The position numbers and the translations under genes are program-made. A DNA stretch of 64,000 bases from an archaeon. GTDB lineage: Archaea > Nanobdellota > Nanobdellia > Pacearchaeales > GW2011-AR1. Numbering within the stretch: the first letter of the stretch is position 1; every line of letters starts with the position of its first letter. Location of the stretch: contig DAHWKL010000002.1 in the NCBI GenBank assembly GCA_027343665.1, positions 109,386 to 173,385 of the forward strand, read 5' to 3'. The notes beneath the pieces were generated by a model that was given only the letters and a program-made list of their open reading frames with translations, ran no database searches and was not told where the DNA came from. Below, one piece after another: positions 35,022 to 44,709 of this stretch.

Positions 35022-36722
35022 ATGAATGATTTCGTCTTTGAAACCGTTAAAAAAACTATAAAGAAGCTTAAGGTAAATATTAATGACAATGAGATAAAAT
35101 CTTTGATTGAAGTGCCCAAAGATTATTCAAGGGGAGATTTTGCTTTCCCGTGCTTCGCACTTGCTAAAATTATGAAAATGCCGCCCCATGAAATTGCAGT
35201 GAGTTTAAGAGAATCAATGGGAAGTTTTCCATCGGTATTTAAAGATATATCTGTTGAAGGGGCATACCTGAATTTTTTTCTTGACAGGAAAAAGGTCATC
35301 TACGATCTAATAAAAAGGACTGAAAAGGAAAAAGATAATTTCGGCAATAATGAAATGGGAAAAGAGACAGTTACAATGATTGAATTCTCACAGCCGAACA
35401 CCCATAAGGCTTTCCATGTGGGGCATATAAGGGGAACTTCTATAGGTGAAAGTTTGTCAAGGATATCAGAATACAACGGTGAAAAAGTCATAAGGGCAAA
35501 TTACAGCGGTGATACGGGGATGCACATCGCAAAATGGATATGGTGCTATAGGAAATACCATTCAAGGGAAGAACCAAGAGACGATGAAAAATGGATTGCA
35601 TCAATTTATGTTGAGGCTATCAAAAAAATACCCAAGTTAAAGACAGCACAAAAAGAAGTCGATGAGATAAACAGAAAAATTGAATCAAAAGAAGACCCCG
35701 AGATAAATGCTATTTGGGAAAAGACGAGAAATCTTTCTATAAAATCATGGGAGAAGATATACAAAGAACTTGACACGGATTTTAATGTCCATTTTTTTGA
35801 GAGTGAAGTTGAAAAGAGGGGGAAAGAAATAGCGATGGAACTTGTTAAGAAAAAGATCGCAAAAATTGATGACGGAGCCACAATAATAAAATTTGAAGAT
35901 AAGAATCTTGGGACGTGGGTTCTTTTAAGAAAAGACGGAACAGTACTTTATTCGGCAAAAGACCTTGCACTTGCGGAGATAAAATTCAAAAAGTACAACA
36001 TTGAGAAAAGCATTTATATAATAGGAGCAGAGCAATCCCTTCATGTCACACAGCTTTTCAAGACACTTGAGCTTATGAAATTCAAAAACGCCGATAAATG
36101 CAGGTTCATTCCTGTTTCAGAAGTAAGGTTACCGACAGGCAAAATGTCTTCCAGAACGGGTGATAATGTTCTTTACTCAGAATTCATGGAAGAGATGGTA
36201 AAATTTGCAAAAGAAGGTGTAAAAAAAAGAGATAAAAAAATAGCGAAAAAAGAGCTTGAAGAAAGAGCTCTTGTAATATCAATTGCTGCGATAAAATATT
36301 CGATGCTTAAACAGGATTCTAACAGGAACATAATTTTCAGAAAAGAAGAATCTTTCAACTTTGACGGAAACACCGGCCCTTACTTACTTTATTCATATGC
36401 GAGAGCATCATCAATAATAAATAAATCAAAATTTATGGGAGACCTCTCTCCAGATTTTGAGCCGGAAGATAAAGAAACACAACTTGCCCTAAAAATGAAA
36501 GAGTTCCCAGACATCGTGAAAAAATCTTACGAATCACTTGACCCTTCCGAAATCGCAAATTATTCCTACGAACTTTCAAAAATTTTCAATGAGTTTTATC
36601 ATTCATCTGAAGTCTTAGGTTCAGATAAAGAAAATTTCAGGCTCCATCTTGTAAATGCTTTCAGGCAAGTCCTGAAAAATTCGCTTTATCTTCTGGGAAT
36701 CAAAGTTTTGGAGAAAATGTAA
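35022..36722 (+). CDS. argS: arginyl-tRNA synthetase
   Basis: Class I HIGH variant (AFHVGHIRG), a KMSSR-type loop (GKMSSRTG) and a DALR-like anticodon-binding C-terminus. The ATG at 35022 is preferred over the GTG at 34980, which overlaps the adk stop. The start remains uncertain. Confidence 0.88.
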   Translation: MNDFVFETVKKTIKKLKVNINDNEIKSLIEVPKDYSRGDFAFPCFALAKIMKMPPHEIAVSLRESMGSFPSVFKDISVEGAYLNFFLDRKKVIYDLIKRTEKEKDNFGNNEMGKETVTMIEFSQPNTHKAFHVGHIRGTSIGESLSRISEYNGEKVIRANYSGDTGMHIAKWIWCYRKYHSREEPRDDEKWIASIYVEAIKKIPKLKTAQKEVDEINRKIESKEDPEINAIWEKTRNLSIKSWEKIYKELDTDFNVHFFESEVEKRGKEIAMELVKKKIAKIDDGATIIKFEDKNLGTWVLLRKDGTVLYSAKDLALAEIKFKKYNIEKSIYIIGAEQSLHVTQLFKTLELMKFKNADKCRFIPVSEVRLPTGKMSSRTGDNVLYSEFMEEMVKFAKEGVKKRDKKIAKKELEERALVISIAAIKYSMLKQDSNRNIIFRKEESFNFDGNTGPYLLYSYARASSIINKSKFMGDLSPDFEPEDKETQLALKMKEFPDIVKKSYESLDPSEIANYSYELSKIFNEFYHSSEVLGSDKENFRLHLVNAFRQVLKNSLYLLGIKVLEKM

Positions 36723-36731
36723 TTGGAAGAT

Positions 36732-37034
36732 TCAGAAAAAAGAATCGTAACGAGTATTATCATGAACACGCCCAGGTTTTCCACGAGGGGGAGATTTTTT
36801 CGCAGGGGGTATAGGATCATAAGGGACTGAAGTGGGGTCTTCCTTCCATGGAGTGTAAGGATGAACGACTCTTAATGGCTCCTTAAGATAAGGTTTTATT
36901 TTTTCCATCAGTTCATTGAATTCTTCAACTCTTTTCATAGCATAATCTGAAAGTCGGATATATCCTTCCATCTCATGAAATTTCTTTTTTGTCATCCCGG
37001 AATTTTTCAGGAATTTTTCAGCTAATGATTTCAT
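36732..37034 (-). CDS. hypothetical protein
   Basis: 100 aa with a Pro-rich C-terminal half. Supported by a TATA box at 37056-37063. Confidence 0.45.
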   Translation of the reverse strand: MKSLAEKFLKNSGMTKKKFHEMEGYIRLSDYAMKRVEEFNELMEKIKPYLKEPLRVVHPYTPWKEDPTSVPYDPIPPAKKSPPRGKPGRVHDNTRYDSFF

Positions 37035-37055
37035 GTTAAAACCAGCTCAAGATTT

Positions 37056-37063
37056 TATATAAA
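37056..37063 (-). promoter_or_regulatory. TATA box for the 37034 gene (leaderless)
   Basis: Minus-strand TTTATATA centred 25.5 nt upstream of the ATG at 37034. Confidence 0.45.
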
Positions 37064-37083
37064 TCTTTTCAGAGACCACAAAT

Positions 37084-37091
37084 TATTTAAA
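37084..37091 (+). promoter_or_regulatory. TATA box for sod (leaderless; supports start at 37113)
   Basis: TATTTAAA centred 25.5 nt upstream of the in-frame ATG at 37113. That start gives the canonical SOD N-terminus MTYTLPPLGYSYDALEP. Confidence 0.45.
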
Positions 37092-37112
37092 CGTATGAAC
37101 GCTTTTTCATTT

Positions 37113-37718
37113 ATGACATATACATTGCCCCCATTAGGTTATTCTTATGATGCACTTGAGCCCTATATAGACAAAGAGACGATGGAAGTTCATTACTCAA
37201 AACACCATCAGGGCTATGTGAACAAATTGAATGCAGCCGTAGAAAAAGAAAAAAAGATATCTGAAATGTCTGTTGAAGATCTTTTAAAAAACCTGAAGAA
37301 AATTCCGGCAAAGATAAGACAAGCTATCATAAACAACGGAGGCGGAGTTTACAATCACTCTTTTTTCTGGCCAATATTGAAAAAAAATGTCGAAGCGAAA
37401 GGCGAAATAGTTGATGAGATGAACAGAACTTTTGGCTCATTCGAAGAATTCAAAAAGCAGTTTTCGGATGCTGCAGCAACACTTTTCGGGAGCGGATGGG
37501 CATGGCTCGTCTTGAAAGACGGAAAACTTGAGATTGTGCAGACGCATAATCAGGAATCACCTATTTCATCAGGACTTGTCCCCTTGATAGGAATTGATGT
37601 TTGGGAACATGCATATTACCTAAAATATCAGAACAGAAGACCGGAATATATTGAAAACTTTTTCCATATAATCAATTGGGAAAAAGTGAACGAACTCTTT
37701 CTTGAAGCTAAGAAATAA
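37113..37718 (+). CDS. sod: Fe/Mn superoxide dismutase
   Basis: LPPLGYSYDALEPYID..HYSKHH, WEHAYYL and DVWEHAYY metal-ligand motifs. The track ORF begins 18 nt further upstream, at 37095. Confidence 0.92.
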   Translation: MTYTLPPLGYSYDALEPYIDKETMEVHYSKHHQGYVNKLNAAVEKEKKISEMSVEDLLKNLKKIPAKIRQAIINNGGGVYNHSFFWPILKKNVEAKGEIVDEMNRTFGSFEEFKKQFSDAAATLFGSGWAWLVLKDGKLEIVQTHNQESPISSGLVPLIGIDVWEHAYYLKYQNRRPEYIENFFHIINWEKVNELFLEAKK

Positions 37719-37770
37719 TTTTGAAATCTGAAAAATCATATTTAAAAACTCCAAAATCCTGTTCTTTCCC

Positions 37771-38031
37771 ATGAATGAGGTGGTTTACAGAATCATTGCG
37801 ATCGCTGGTCTGATACTCACAATACTTGGAAATTATTTTTCGCTCAAGGCAAGAACCAGAAAAAAATTTACTTATCTCTTTTTTACTATAGGAGCAACAA
37901 CTCTTCTTATATATTCAATAAGCATAAGGGATGTTATATTCATAGTTCTTCAATCAGCAGTTATTATCACTTCAATATATGAATATTATCTTGTCCATAT
38001 AAAAAAGGCAAAAAGCCCGAAGATAAAATAA
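37771..38031 (+). CDS. small three-helix membrane protein
   Basis: 86 aa with three hydrophobic segments. A TATA box at 37741-37748 lies 26.5 nt upstream. Confidence 0.45.
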   Translation: MNEVVYRIIAIAGLILTILGNYFSLKARTRKKFTYLFFTIGATTLLIYSISIRDVIFIVLQSAVIITSIYEYYLVHIKKAKSPKIK

Positions 38032-38070
38032 CCCCACAACTATTAAAAACTTATTTTTCTTAAGGTTATT

Positions 38071-39786
38071 ATGAGATATGAGAAGCTCGCTGAAGCTTAT
38101 GAGAAGCTCGCTTCAACAACAAAGAGGCTTGAAAAGATAGACATTCTTTCAAAATTTTTGGAAGATGTAAAAAGAGAAGATTCTGATATTATGTACCTTC
38201 TCGAAGGAAGAATATATCCTTCCTACGATGAAAGAAATATAGGGATTTCGAATCAGCTTGCAATAAAAGCTATTTCAAAATCTACGGGAACTCCTGCAAA
38301 AAAAGTCATCTCTTTATGGAAAAAGATAGGAGACCTTGGCGAAGTTTCAAAAGAGCTAACAAAAACAAAAAAACAAATGACCTTGTCAAGCCATGTGCTC
38401 ACGACGCAGAAAGTCATCGACAATCTGAGAAAACTGCCTGAACTTGAAGGAAAAGGCACAATCGAAAAAAAATTATCCTTAATAACTGAGCTTCTGACTT
38501 CAGCAAGCCCGGTGGAATCACTTTATCTTATAAGAACACTTATAGGAGACTTAAGGATAGGTGTCCAGGAATCAACAATAAAATATGCCATGCTTAAGGC
38601 TTTCTTCAAAGACAACAAAGACTATGAAGAAGATATCCAGAATGCAATTGACAGATCAAACGACTTAAGGGAAGTTTTCGAAGCGGCTATGGAAAAAGAA
38701 GCCAAAAGCCTTGAAAAGATAAAACTTGAAGTTGGAAAACCCATAAAAGCCATGCTCGCACAAAAAGCAAAAGATATTGATGATGCATTCAAGCATCTTG
38801 GAGCTCCTCTTTGCGTTGAGTACAAATACGACGGATTCAGGCTCCTAATCCATAAGAAAGGCGATAAGATAACACTTTTCACAAGGAGCCTTGAAAATGT
38901 GACAAAACAATTTCCAGAGGTCATTGGTTACATAAAAGAGTTCATAAAAGGTGATTCTTTCATACTGGACTCAGAAGCTGTAGGTTATGACAAGAAAACA
39001 AAAAAGTACACTGACTTTCAGGCGATATCACAAAGGATAAGAAGAAAATATGACATAGGGAAGCTCTCTGACAAACTTCCTGTAGAAGTCAATGTCTTTG
39101 ACATACTTTATTATAACGGAAAGAGTGAACTTGAAACACCTTTCAAAAAAAGGACTGAACTTTTGAGAGGGATAATAAAAGAGCACCCTTACAAGCTCAT
39201 AGCTTCAAAGATGATAATTACCTCGGAAAAAAAAGAGGTGGAAATTTTCTATAAGAAAGCTCTTAAGGACAATCAGGAAGGAGTCATGTTCAAGAATCTT
39301 GAATCTCCTTATAAACCGGGAAGGAGGGTTGGAAACATGCTTAAAATGAAACCTGAAGAAAACGAAATTGATCTTGTAATAACGGGCGGCGAATGGGGAA
39401 CAGGAAAGAGATCAGGATGGATATCCTCTTTCAATTTATCATGCAAAAGCGGCGATGAATATCTTGAAATAGGAAAAGTGGGAACAGGAATAGGAGAAAA
39501 AGAGAATGAGGAAAATAAAGTCACATTTGATGAACTCACAAACCTCTTAAAACCGCTGATTACAAAAGAGAAAGGAAAAGAGATAATCGTTAAACCAAAA
39601 CTCGTTGTCACTGTGCATTATCAGGATGTGCAGAAATCACCCAATTACAAATCCGGCTGGGCTCTGAGATTTCCGAGAATAACCTCAATAAGAGAAGGCG
39701 ACAAACCATTGTCCGAAATTGCAACATTGGATGAAGTTGAAAAGGCTTTCTTAGAGCAGAGAAGTAGAAATTATAAATATGGATAA
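38071..39786 (+). CDS. lig: ATP-dependent DNA ligase
   Basis: 571 aa. Adenylation motif I VEYKYDGFR, motifs III-V (FILDSEAV, EGVMFK, LKMK) and an OB domain. Confidence 0.95.
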   Translation: MRYEKLAEAYEKLASTTKRLEKIDILSKFLEDVKREDSDIMYLLEGRIYPSYDERNIGISNQLAIKAISKSTGTPAKKVISLWKKIGDLGEVSKELTKTKKQMTLSSHVLTTQKVIDNLRKLPELEGKGTIEKKLSLITELLTSASPVESLYLIRTLIGDLRIGVQESTIKYAMLKAFFKDNKDYEEDIQNAIDRSNDLREVFEAAMEKEAKSLEKIKLEVGKPIKAMLAQKAKDIDDAFKHLGAPLCVEYKYDGFRLLIHKKGDKITLFTRSLENVTKQFPEVIGYIKEFIKGDSFILDSEAVGYDKKTKKYTDFQAISQRIRRKYDIGKLSDKLPVEVNVFDILYYNGKSELETPFKKRTELLRGIIKEHPYKLIASKMIITSEKKEVEIFYKKALKDNQEGVMFKNLESPYKPGRRVGNMLKMKPEENEIDLVITGGEWGTGKRSGWISSFNLSCKSGDEYLEIGKVGTGIGEKENEENKVTFDELTNLLKPLITKEKGKEIIVKPKLVVTVHYQDVQKSPNYKSGWALRFPRITSIREGDKPLSEIATLDEVEKAFLEQRSRNYKYG

Positions 39787-39841
39787 AAACCGGACATTTT
39801 GGGATTTTGCCTGTTTGTGCAAGACCAAAGCCCCTGAAACC

Positions 39842-39849
39842 TTTATAAA
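39842..39849 (+). promoter_or_regulatory. TATA box for tbp (leaderless)
   Basis: GAAACC-TTTATAAA, centred 26.5 nt upstream of the ATG at 39872. Confidence 0.55.
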
Positions 39850-39871
39850 CCCCCTCGGCCTTTAAAAATAA

Positions 39872-40453
39872 ATGGCAGAGAAAACAAAGGCTCCGTCCAA
39901 GAAAGATTCTGAATACAAGATACAAAATATTGTGGCTACCACTTCGCTTGAAAAGCCAGTTCCTTTGACAAAGTTAGCCAGAACTCAGCCAAACACAGAA
40001 TATAATCCTGAGACCTTTCCTGGTCTTGTCCTTAGGATAAAAGAACCAAAATCAGCAGTTTTGGTCTTCTCGTCAGGAAACCTTGTATGCACAGGAACAA
40101 AATCACTGACCCAAGTAAGAAAAGTCATAGATGAAGTGATAAAACAATTGAAAAAAGTCAATGTAAAGATCACAATAACCCCTAAGATTACCGTACAAAA
40201 TATAGTTGCTTCAGGAACAATAAATTTGCAGCTTAACCTTAACTATCTGGCTCTTGAAATGGAGAACACGGAATATGAACCTGAACAATTTCCGGGTCTT
40301 GTTTACAAGCTCGAAGATTCCAATGCAACTTTCCTTCTCTTCTCAAACGGAAAACTTGTATGCACAGGAACAAAAAACAAACAGCAACTTGAAGATTCTA
40401 TGACCCAGCTTTTGAAGAATATAAAGAATATTCTGAAAGATTACAAGAAATAG
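39872..40453 (+). CDS. tbp: TATA-box binding protein
   Basis: 193 aa. Two direct TBP repeats (IQNIVAT..FPGLV.R....A.L(V/L)FSSGKLVCTG), repeated twice. Confidence 0.95.
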   Translation: MAEKTKAPSKKDSEYKIQNIVATTSLEKPVPLTKLARTQPNTEYNPETFPGLVLRIKEPKSAVLVFSSGNLVCTGTKSLTQVRKVIDEVIKQLKKVNVKITITPKITVQNIVASGTINLQLNLNYLALEMENTEYEPEQFPGLVYKLEDSNATFLLFSNGKLVCTGTKNKQQLEDSMTQLLKNIKNILKDYKK

Positions 40454-40498
40454 TTTTCAATATATTTTCCCAAAACCACTCCCCAGTCTACAACTATT

Positions 40499-40506
40499 TT
40501 TATAAA
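40499..40506 (+). promoter_or_regulatory. TATA box for mcm (leaderless)
   Basis: TTTATAAA centred 25.5 nt upstream of the ATG at 40528. Confidence 0.55.
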
Positions 40507-40527
40507 TAAACCACTCATAATTTTTTC

Positions 40528-42606
40528 ATGGATGAGCTGGATTTAAACACAGAACCTGAAGAGGCGGTAACGGAATCTAAAAGACCTGAGCAGACCTCAA
40601 AACAGGAAGAGCTGATTTTAGAATCTAAACGTTTCATAGATTCTTACAAGAAGAAACTGAAATCCTCTATGAGAGATGAGAATAATGTAGTATACATTGA
40701 TTTCATGGAAATAGCCGAGGAGTCACCTGTTCTTTCAGAAGAGATAATAAAAAATCCGGAAGAAGCTCTTAGGATAATTGAAATAGCAATAGAAGAAATG
40801 GGCCTTATTGAAAATGTAAGGGTAAGGCTGTTCAATCTTGAGAAATCCGATGAAGTTCTTATAAGGGACATTCGTTCAAAGCATTTAAACGAACTTATAA
40901 TGATAGAGGGTATAATCAGGCAATCTTCAGATGTCAGGCCACAGGTTGTGAATGCAAAGTTCGAATGCCCAAGTTGCGGAACAATAATTTCAGTTCTGCA
41001 GATTGAAAGAAAATTCAGGGAGCCGACAAGGTGCTCATGCGGAAGAAGAGGAGGATTTAAATTGATTTCCAAAGAGATGGTAGATACCCAAAGACTTATC
41101 GTTGAGGAAGCACCAGACATGCTAAGTGGTGGTGAACAGCCAAAAAGAATAAATGTTTTTGTCAAAGAAGATTTGGTTGATCCGAAAATGGAAGAGAGAA
41201 CAACCCCTGGGGCAAGAGTTAGAGTAATAGGGGTTCTAAAAGAAGTTCCAGTTCCATTGTCTACGGGCGGGATGTCAACAAGATTTGAGCTCGCAGTAGA
41301 GGTGAATAATATAATCCCACTAGAAGAGACTTTTGAAGAACTGGATATTTCAGAGGAAGATGAACAGCAAATCCAAGAACTTGCAGCTGATCCGGAGGTC
41401 TTTGATAAACTCAGAGAGAGCATAGCCCCAAGCGTGTGGGGATATAAAGAGATAAAAGAATCCCTTCTTCTCCAGCTTTTCGGAGGTGTTCAGAAAGAAA
41501 AACCAGATGGTCAAAAGACAAGAGGAGATATGCATATCATGATGATAGGTGATCCCGGAGTCGCAAAATCAGTGATACTTACTTTTATGGCAAATGTTTC
41601 GCCTAAAGGGCGTTATGTCGTCGGAAAATCGACTTCAGGAGCAGGACTTACAGCCTCAGTTGTCCGTGACGAGTATCTTAAAGGATGGTCTCTTGAGGCA
41701 GGCGCAATGGTCCTGGCTAATAAAGGACTTGTATGTATAGATGAACTCGAAAAGATGGATCCGACAGACCAGTCTGCCATGCACGAAGCTATGGAACAGC
41801 AGACAGTCACAATTTCGAAAGCAAATGTTCAGGCAACACTTAAAGCACAGACTTCGGTTCTTGCAGCCGCTAACCCGAAGTTCGGCCGCTTTGATCCGAC
41901 ACAAAGTATTCCGCAGCAGATAAATTTGCCCCCCGCATTGATTAATAGATTTGACCTGATTTTCACGATGAGGGATATTCCCAATCTTTCAAATGATACA
42001 AAAGTTGCGGATCATATTCTTGAGGAACACCAAAAAGAAGCAAAAGAGATGCTTATTGAAAAGGAACTTTTCAGGAAATATATAGCTTACGCAAGGCAAA
42101 GAGTCCAGCCAAAGCTCACTGACGATGCGGTTCTGGAAATGAAAAAGTTTTATGTTGGCCTGAGAAACAGGCCCATGATAGAAGGGCAGGAAATGAGAAC
42201 AATTCCGATTTCGGCCAGGCAGCTAAACTCATTAATAAGGATGGCCGAAGCGGCAGCAAAACTCAGGATGTCCGACAAAGTCGAAAAGAAAGATGCTGAA
42301 GCTGCGATAGGCCTTTTGAAATATTATCTCGAGCAGGTCGGGTTCGACGAGGAGACGGGCGAGATAGATATAGATAAGATATCCGGAAAGATAAAATCAA
42401 GCCAAAGAAACAAAATCTTCATAGTCCGGGACACAATATATTCACTTTCCAAAGAACTCGGCGAGGCTGAGTCAATTCCCGTAGAGAAGATAGAGGAAAA
42501 ACTTGAAGGAAAACTCTCTCATGAAGATATTGAAGACTCGATAGAAAGATTAAGACGTGAAGGCACGATCTTCCAGCCCAAAAAAGGTTTTGTCCAAAAA
42601 GTTTAA
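40528..42606 (+). CDS. mcm: MCM replicative helicase
   Basis: 692 aa. Zn finger CPSCG..CSCG, Walker A IGDPGVAKS, Walker B CIDELEKM, arginine finger NRFDLIF and a C-terminal winged helix. Confidence 0.95.
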   Translation: MDELDLNTEPEEAVTESKRPEQTSKQEELILESKRFIDSYKKKLKSSMRDENNVVYIDFMEIAEESPVLSEEIIKNPEEALRIIEIAIEEMGLIENVRVRLFNLEKSDEVLIRDIRSKHLNELIMIEGIIRQSSDVRPQVVNAKFECPSCGTIISVLQIERKFREPTRCSCGRRGGFKLISKEMVDTQRLIVEEAPDMLSGGEQPKRINVFVKEDLVDPKMEERTTPGARVRVIGVLKEVPVPLSTGGMSTRFELAVEVNNIIPLEETFEELDISEEDEQQIQELAADPEVFDKLRESIAPSVWGYKEIKESLLLQLFGGVQKEKPDGQKTRGDMHIMMIGDPGVAKSVILTFMANVSPKGRYVVGKSTSGAGLTASVVRDEYLKGWSLEAGAMVLANKGLVCIDELEKMDPTDQSAMHEAMEQQTVTISKANVQATLKAQTSVLAAANPKFGRFDPTQSIPQQINLPPALINRFDLIFTMRDIPNLSNDTKVADHILEEHQKEAKEMLIEKELFRKYIAYARQRVQPKLTDDAVLEMKKFYVGLRNRPMIEGQEMRTIPISARQLNSLIRMAEAAAKLRMSDKVEKKDAEAAIGLLKYYLEQVGFDEETGEIDIDKISGKIKSSQRNKIFIVRDTIYSLSKELGEAESIPVEKIEEKLEGKLSHEDIEDSIERLRREGTIFQPKKGFVQKV

Positions 42607-42610
42607 ACAA

Positions 42611-42865
42611 TCATTTTTCTTTTTTTACTGGGCTTACATTAAGACCTATTGAATATCTGCTCGGTAAGCGCCCTTTCTTTGCATCATCAATTATTTTTCC
42701 AAGTAATCTTTCAAGATTACCCCCATTAACAGATTCTACAAACCCCCCCTTCTTCCAGGTCATAAAATATTTTATTATACATTCCCAGAAAATAAGCTTT
42801 ACGGAGAAAATTAGCTTCTTCAATTGCTTATTCAAAGGATGAAACTTTGACAAAGGACGTTTCAT
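42611..42865 (-). CDS. questionable small ORF / possible decayed gene
   Basis: The 84-aa frame has an odd N-terminal half. A properly spaced TATA (42926-42933) instead serves a 24-aa ORF (ATG at 42902) in another frame that overlaps this one (see finding). Confidence 0.2.
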   Translation of the reverse strand: MKRPLSKFHPLNKQLKKLIFSVKLIFWECIIKYFMTWKKGGFVESVNGGNLERLLGKIIDDAKKGRLPSRYSIGLNVSPVKKEK

Positions 42866-42966
42866 AGGCAACAATTTTCCCCTTAATGTTTCGTTTGATC
42901 ATTTCAAATACAAAAGTAGAGAGAATTATAAAAATTATCTTAATCACTCATCCATCCATATAAATC

Positions 42967-42974
42967 TTTAAAAA
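42967..42974 (+). promoter_or_regulatory. TATA box for the RPA2-like gene (leaderless)
   Basis: TTTAAAAA centred 25.5 nt upstream of the ATG at 42996. Confidence 0.5.
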
Positions 42975-42995
42975 CCGATTCACATTTTTAAGTGA

Positions 42996-43625
42996 ATGTC
43001 AGACCAATACAAAAGGAATGTTGCATATAAATTGAGGATAGGAGATATTCTCTTAGGAAAACCCATTTTTGATAGCGATAAATTTGTACACTTAGAATTA
43101 GGGGCAAAGAACATAGTAAGGACAAACATTGTTGGGAATATCATTGATAAATATGAAAGTGAAGGCGAGAAGAAATATCTTTTTTTCACGCTTGACGATG
43201 GTTCCGGTCAGATAAAACTGAAAATTTTCGGGGAAGATGACGCCAAAAAATTCAGAGGGATCGGGCAAGGCGAAACAGTTGTAGTTATTGGAGTTGTCAG
43301 AAACTGGAACAATGAAACTTACATTCAGCCGGAAATAATTTCTGGGAGGGACCCTAAATATCTTCTCGTAAGGAAACTTGAGCTTGAAAAGCAAAAAAAA
43401 GATACGACAAAGCCTGTAAAGGACAAAAAAGAAGTCCAAGCAATAAAAGATAGGATACTTGAAAGAATAAAGAACGCGGAAAATGACGGCGGGATAGACT
43501 CAGAGAAAATAATCTTGGAATTCAGAGATGTTTCGCCTGATACAATAAATGAAGAAATAACAAAACTTCTCGAGGAAGGGATTATCTTCGAGCCAAGACC
43601 GGGAAGGCTGAGATATCTGGGATAA
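42996..43625 (+). CDS. OB-fold plus C-terminal winged-helix protein (RPA2/Stn1-like, RPA-associated type)
   Basis: 209 aa. OB pattern (VRTNIVGNIID..YLFFTLDDGSGQIKLKIFG..GETVVVIGVVRNWNNE), a K/E linker and a wH-like end (EEITKLLEEGIIFEPRPGRLRYL). Confidence 0.5.
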   Translation: MSDQYKRNVAYKLRIGDILLGKPIFDSDKFVHLELGAKNIVRTNIVGNIIDKYESEGEKKYLFFTLDDGSGQIKLKIFGEDDAKKFRGIGQGETVVVIGVVRNWNNETYIQPEIISGRDPKYLLVRKLELEKQKKDTTKPVKDKKEVQAIKDRILERIKNAENDGGIDSEKIILEFRDVSPDTINEEITKLLEEGIIFEPRPGRLRYLG

Positions 43626-43642
43626 ACAGTTAGGAGAAGCTT

Positions 43643-44350
43643 ATGGAAGAAAGAATAGTGGTCTATCCCGCGAACGCATTGCAGCATCCTGAAAGAAATA
43701 TTCTTAACTCGGAGGTCGCTCAAGGCTTGGAAAAGATGGGCTACCGGGCATATTTTGCCCAAAGAGACGGATTTGATTTTCCTGATTTAAAAAAAGCTCT
43801 TTCAAAGGAACTTAAAGAAAAATCTGTTGATTCTGCCGCCAAAAAAATAACTTATTGCTTAGATCTAGGAAAATTCATGCCAAAAAGTGATATTATCCTC
43901 ATAAACTACAATCAACCTCTAGATGGGAACATCGTAATGGAATCGTTTTATGCAAAAAAATTCGGAAAGTTCACAATTGGATTTGGAGAAGAGTCAAAAA
44001 AAAGCCAGACAGACAATCACAAAATGCACCATGAAACCAATCAATATCCTGCATTCAGATTCAGTGTTTCCGTTCCTTACTCTGCAGACAAAGAAACTTC
44101 AGAAAAAGATCTTGCAAAATCTCTTGTTTACAGAATCAACCAAATGGTGACAGATCGCGGCACGTACCATAATGAAACACTGTCTAGATATGTGAAAAGT
44201 AATTCTGATTTAATCCCTTTTTTTGATGGATCCGCAATATTATTCCATAACATCGAAGAAATTCGCTCCAAAAAAAGCCTTGAAAAAATCGTGTCAAGAT
44301 ATATGAAGAATAAGAAATTCTTCGACGGGATAAGGTTAATAAAAGAATGA
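43643..44350 (+). CDS. hypothetical protein with nucleoside 2-deoxyribosyltransferase-like N-terminal pattern
   Basis: 235 aa. VVYPANAL..N..V...L.K.GY.AYF.QRDG and SDIILINYNQPLDGNIVMESFYAKKFGK resemble the NDT/Rossmann-like family. AGGAG lies upstream of the start. Confidence 0.3.
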   Translation: MEERIVVYPANALQHPERNILNSEVAQGLEKMGYRAYFAQRDGFDFPDLKKALSKELKEKSVDSAAKKITYCLDLGKFMPKSDIILINYNQPLDGNIVMESFYAKKFGKFTIGFGEESKKSQTDNHKMHHETNQYPAFRFSVSVPYSADKETSEKDLAKSLVYRINQMVTDRGTYHNETLSRYVKSNSDLIPFFDGSAILFHNIEEIRSKKSLEKIVSRYMKNKKFFDGIRLIKE

Positions 44351-44685
44351 CAAAAGATTTTGTTTCATCAGTGCTGAGGAAAATTCCAGAAAATTCCAAA
44401 GAGTTCATGTCTTCTGACATTAAAAAAGTGAAAGAAAATTACGAAATCCTCAAAGAGTTATATGAAGACCTTCTACCTGATTTAGAAACTAGCGCGTATA
44501 ACACTCTTTCAGTGAATTCTGCCTGCCAAGAAATAAAAGCGATGAAATTTAGTTTAAAAGATGCTAAAGAAGGATATAATTTTGCTTATGACCTGTACAA
44601 GATTGAAAATATAGAAAGTATATTGAACGACCTTGCATTCCTTGAAAAGTATTTTTCGTCAAGACACAAAAGTCCAAACTCTTAA
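44347..44685 (+). CDS. hypothetical protein
   Basis: 112 aa, helical. ATGA overlap with the upstream gene. Confidence 0.4.
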   Translation: MTKDFVSSVLRKIPENSKEFMSSDIKKVKENYEILKELYEDLLPDLETSAYNTLSVNSACQEIKAMKFSLKDAKEGYNFAYDLYKIENIESILNDLAFLEKYFSSRHKSPNS

Positions 44686-44709
44686 AAACCCCCCGTTTCT
44701 CTTTATTTT

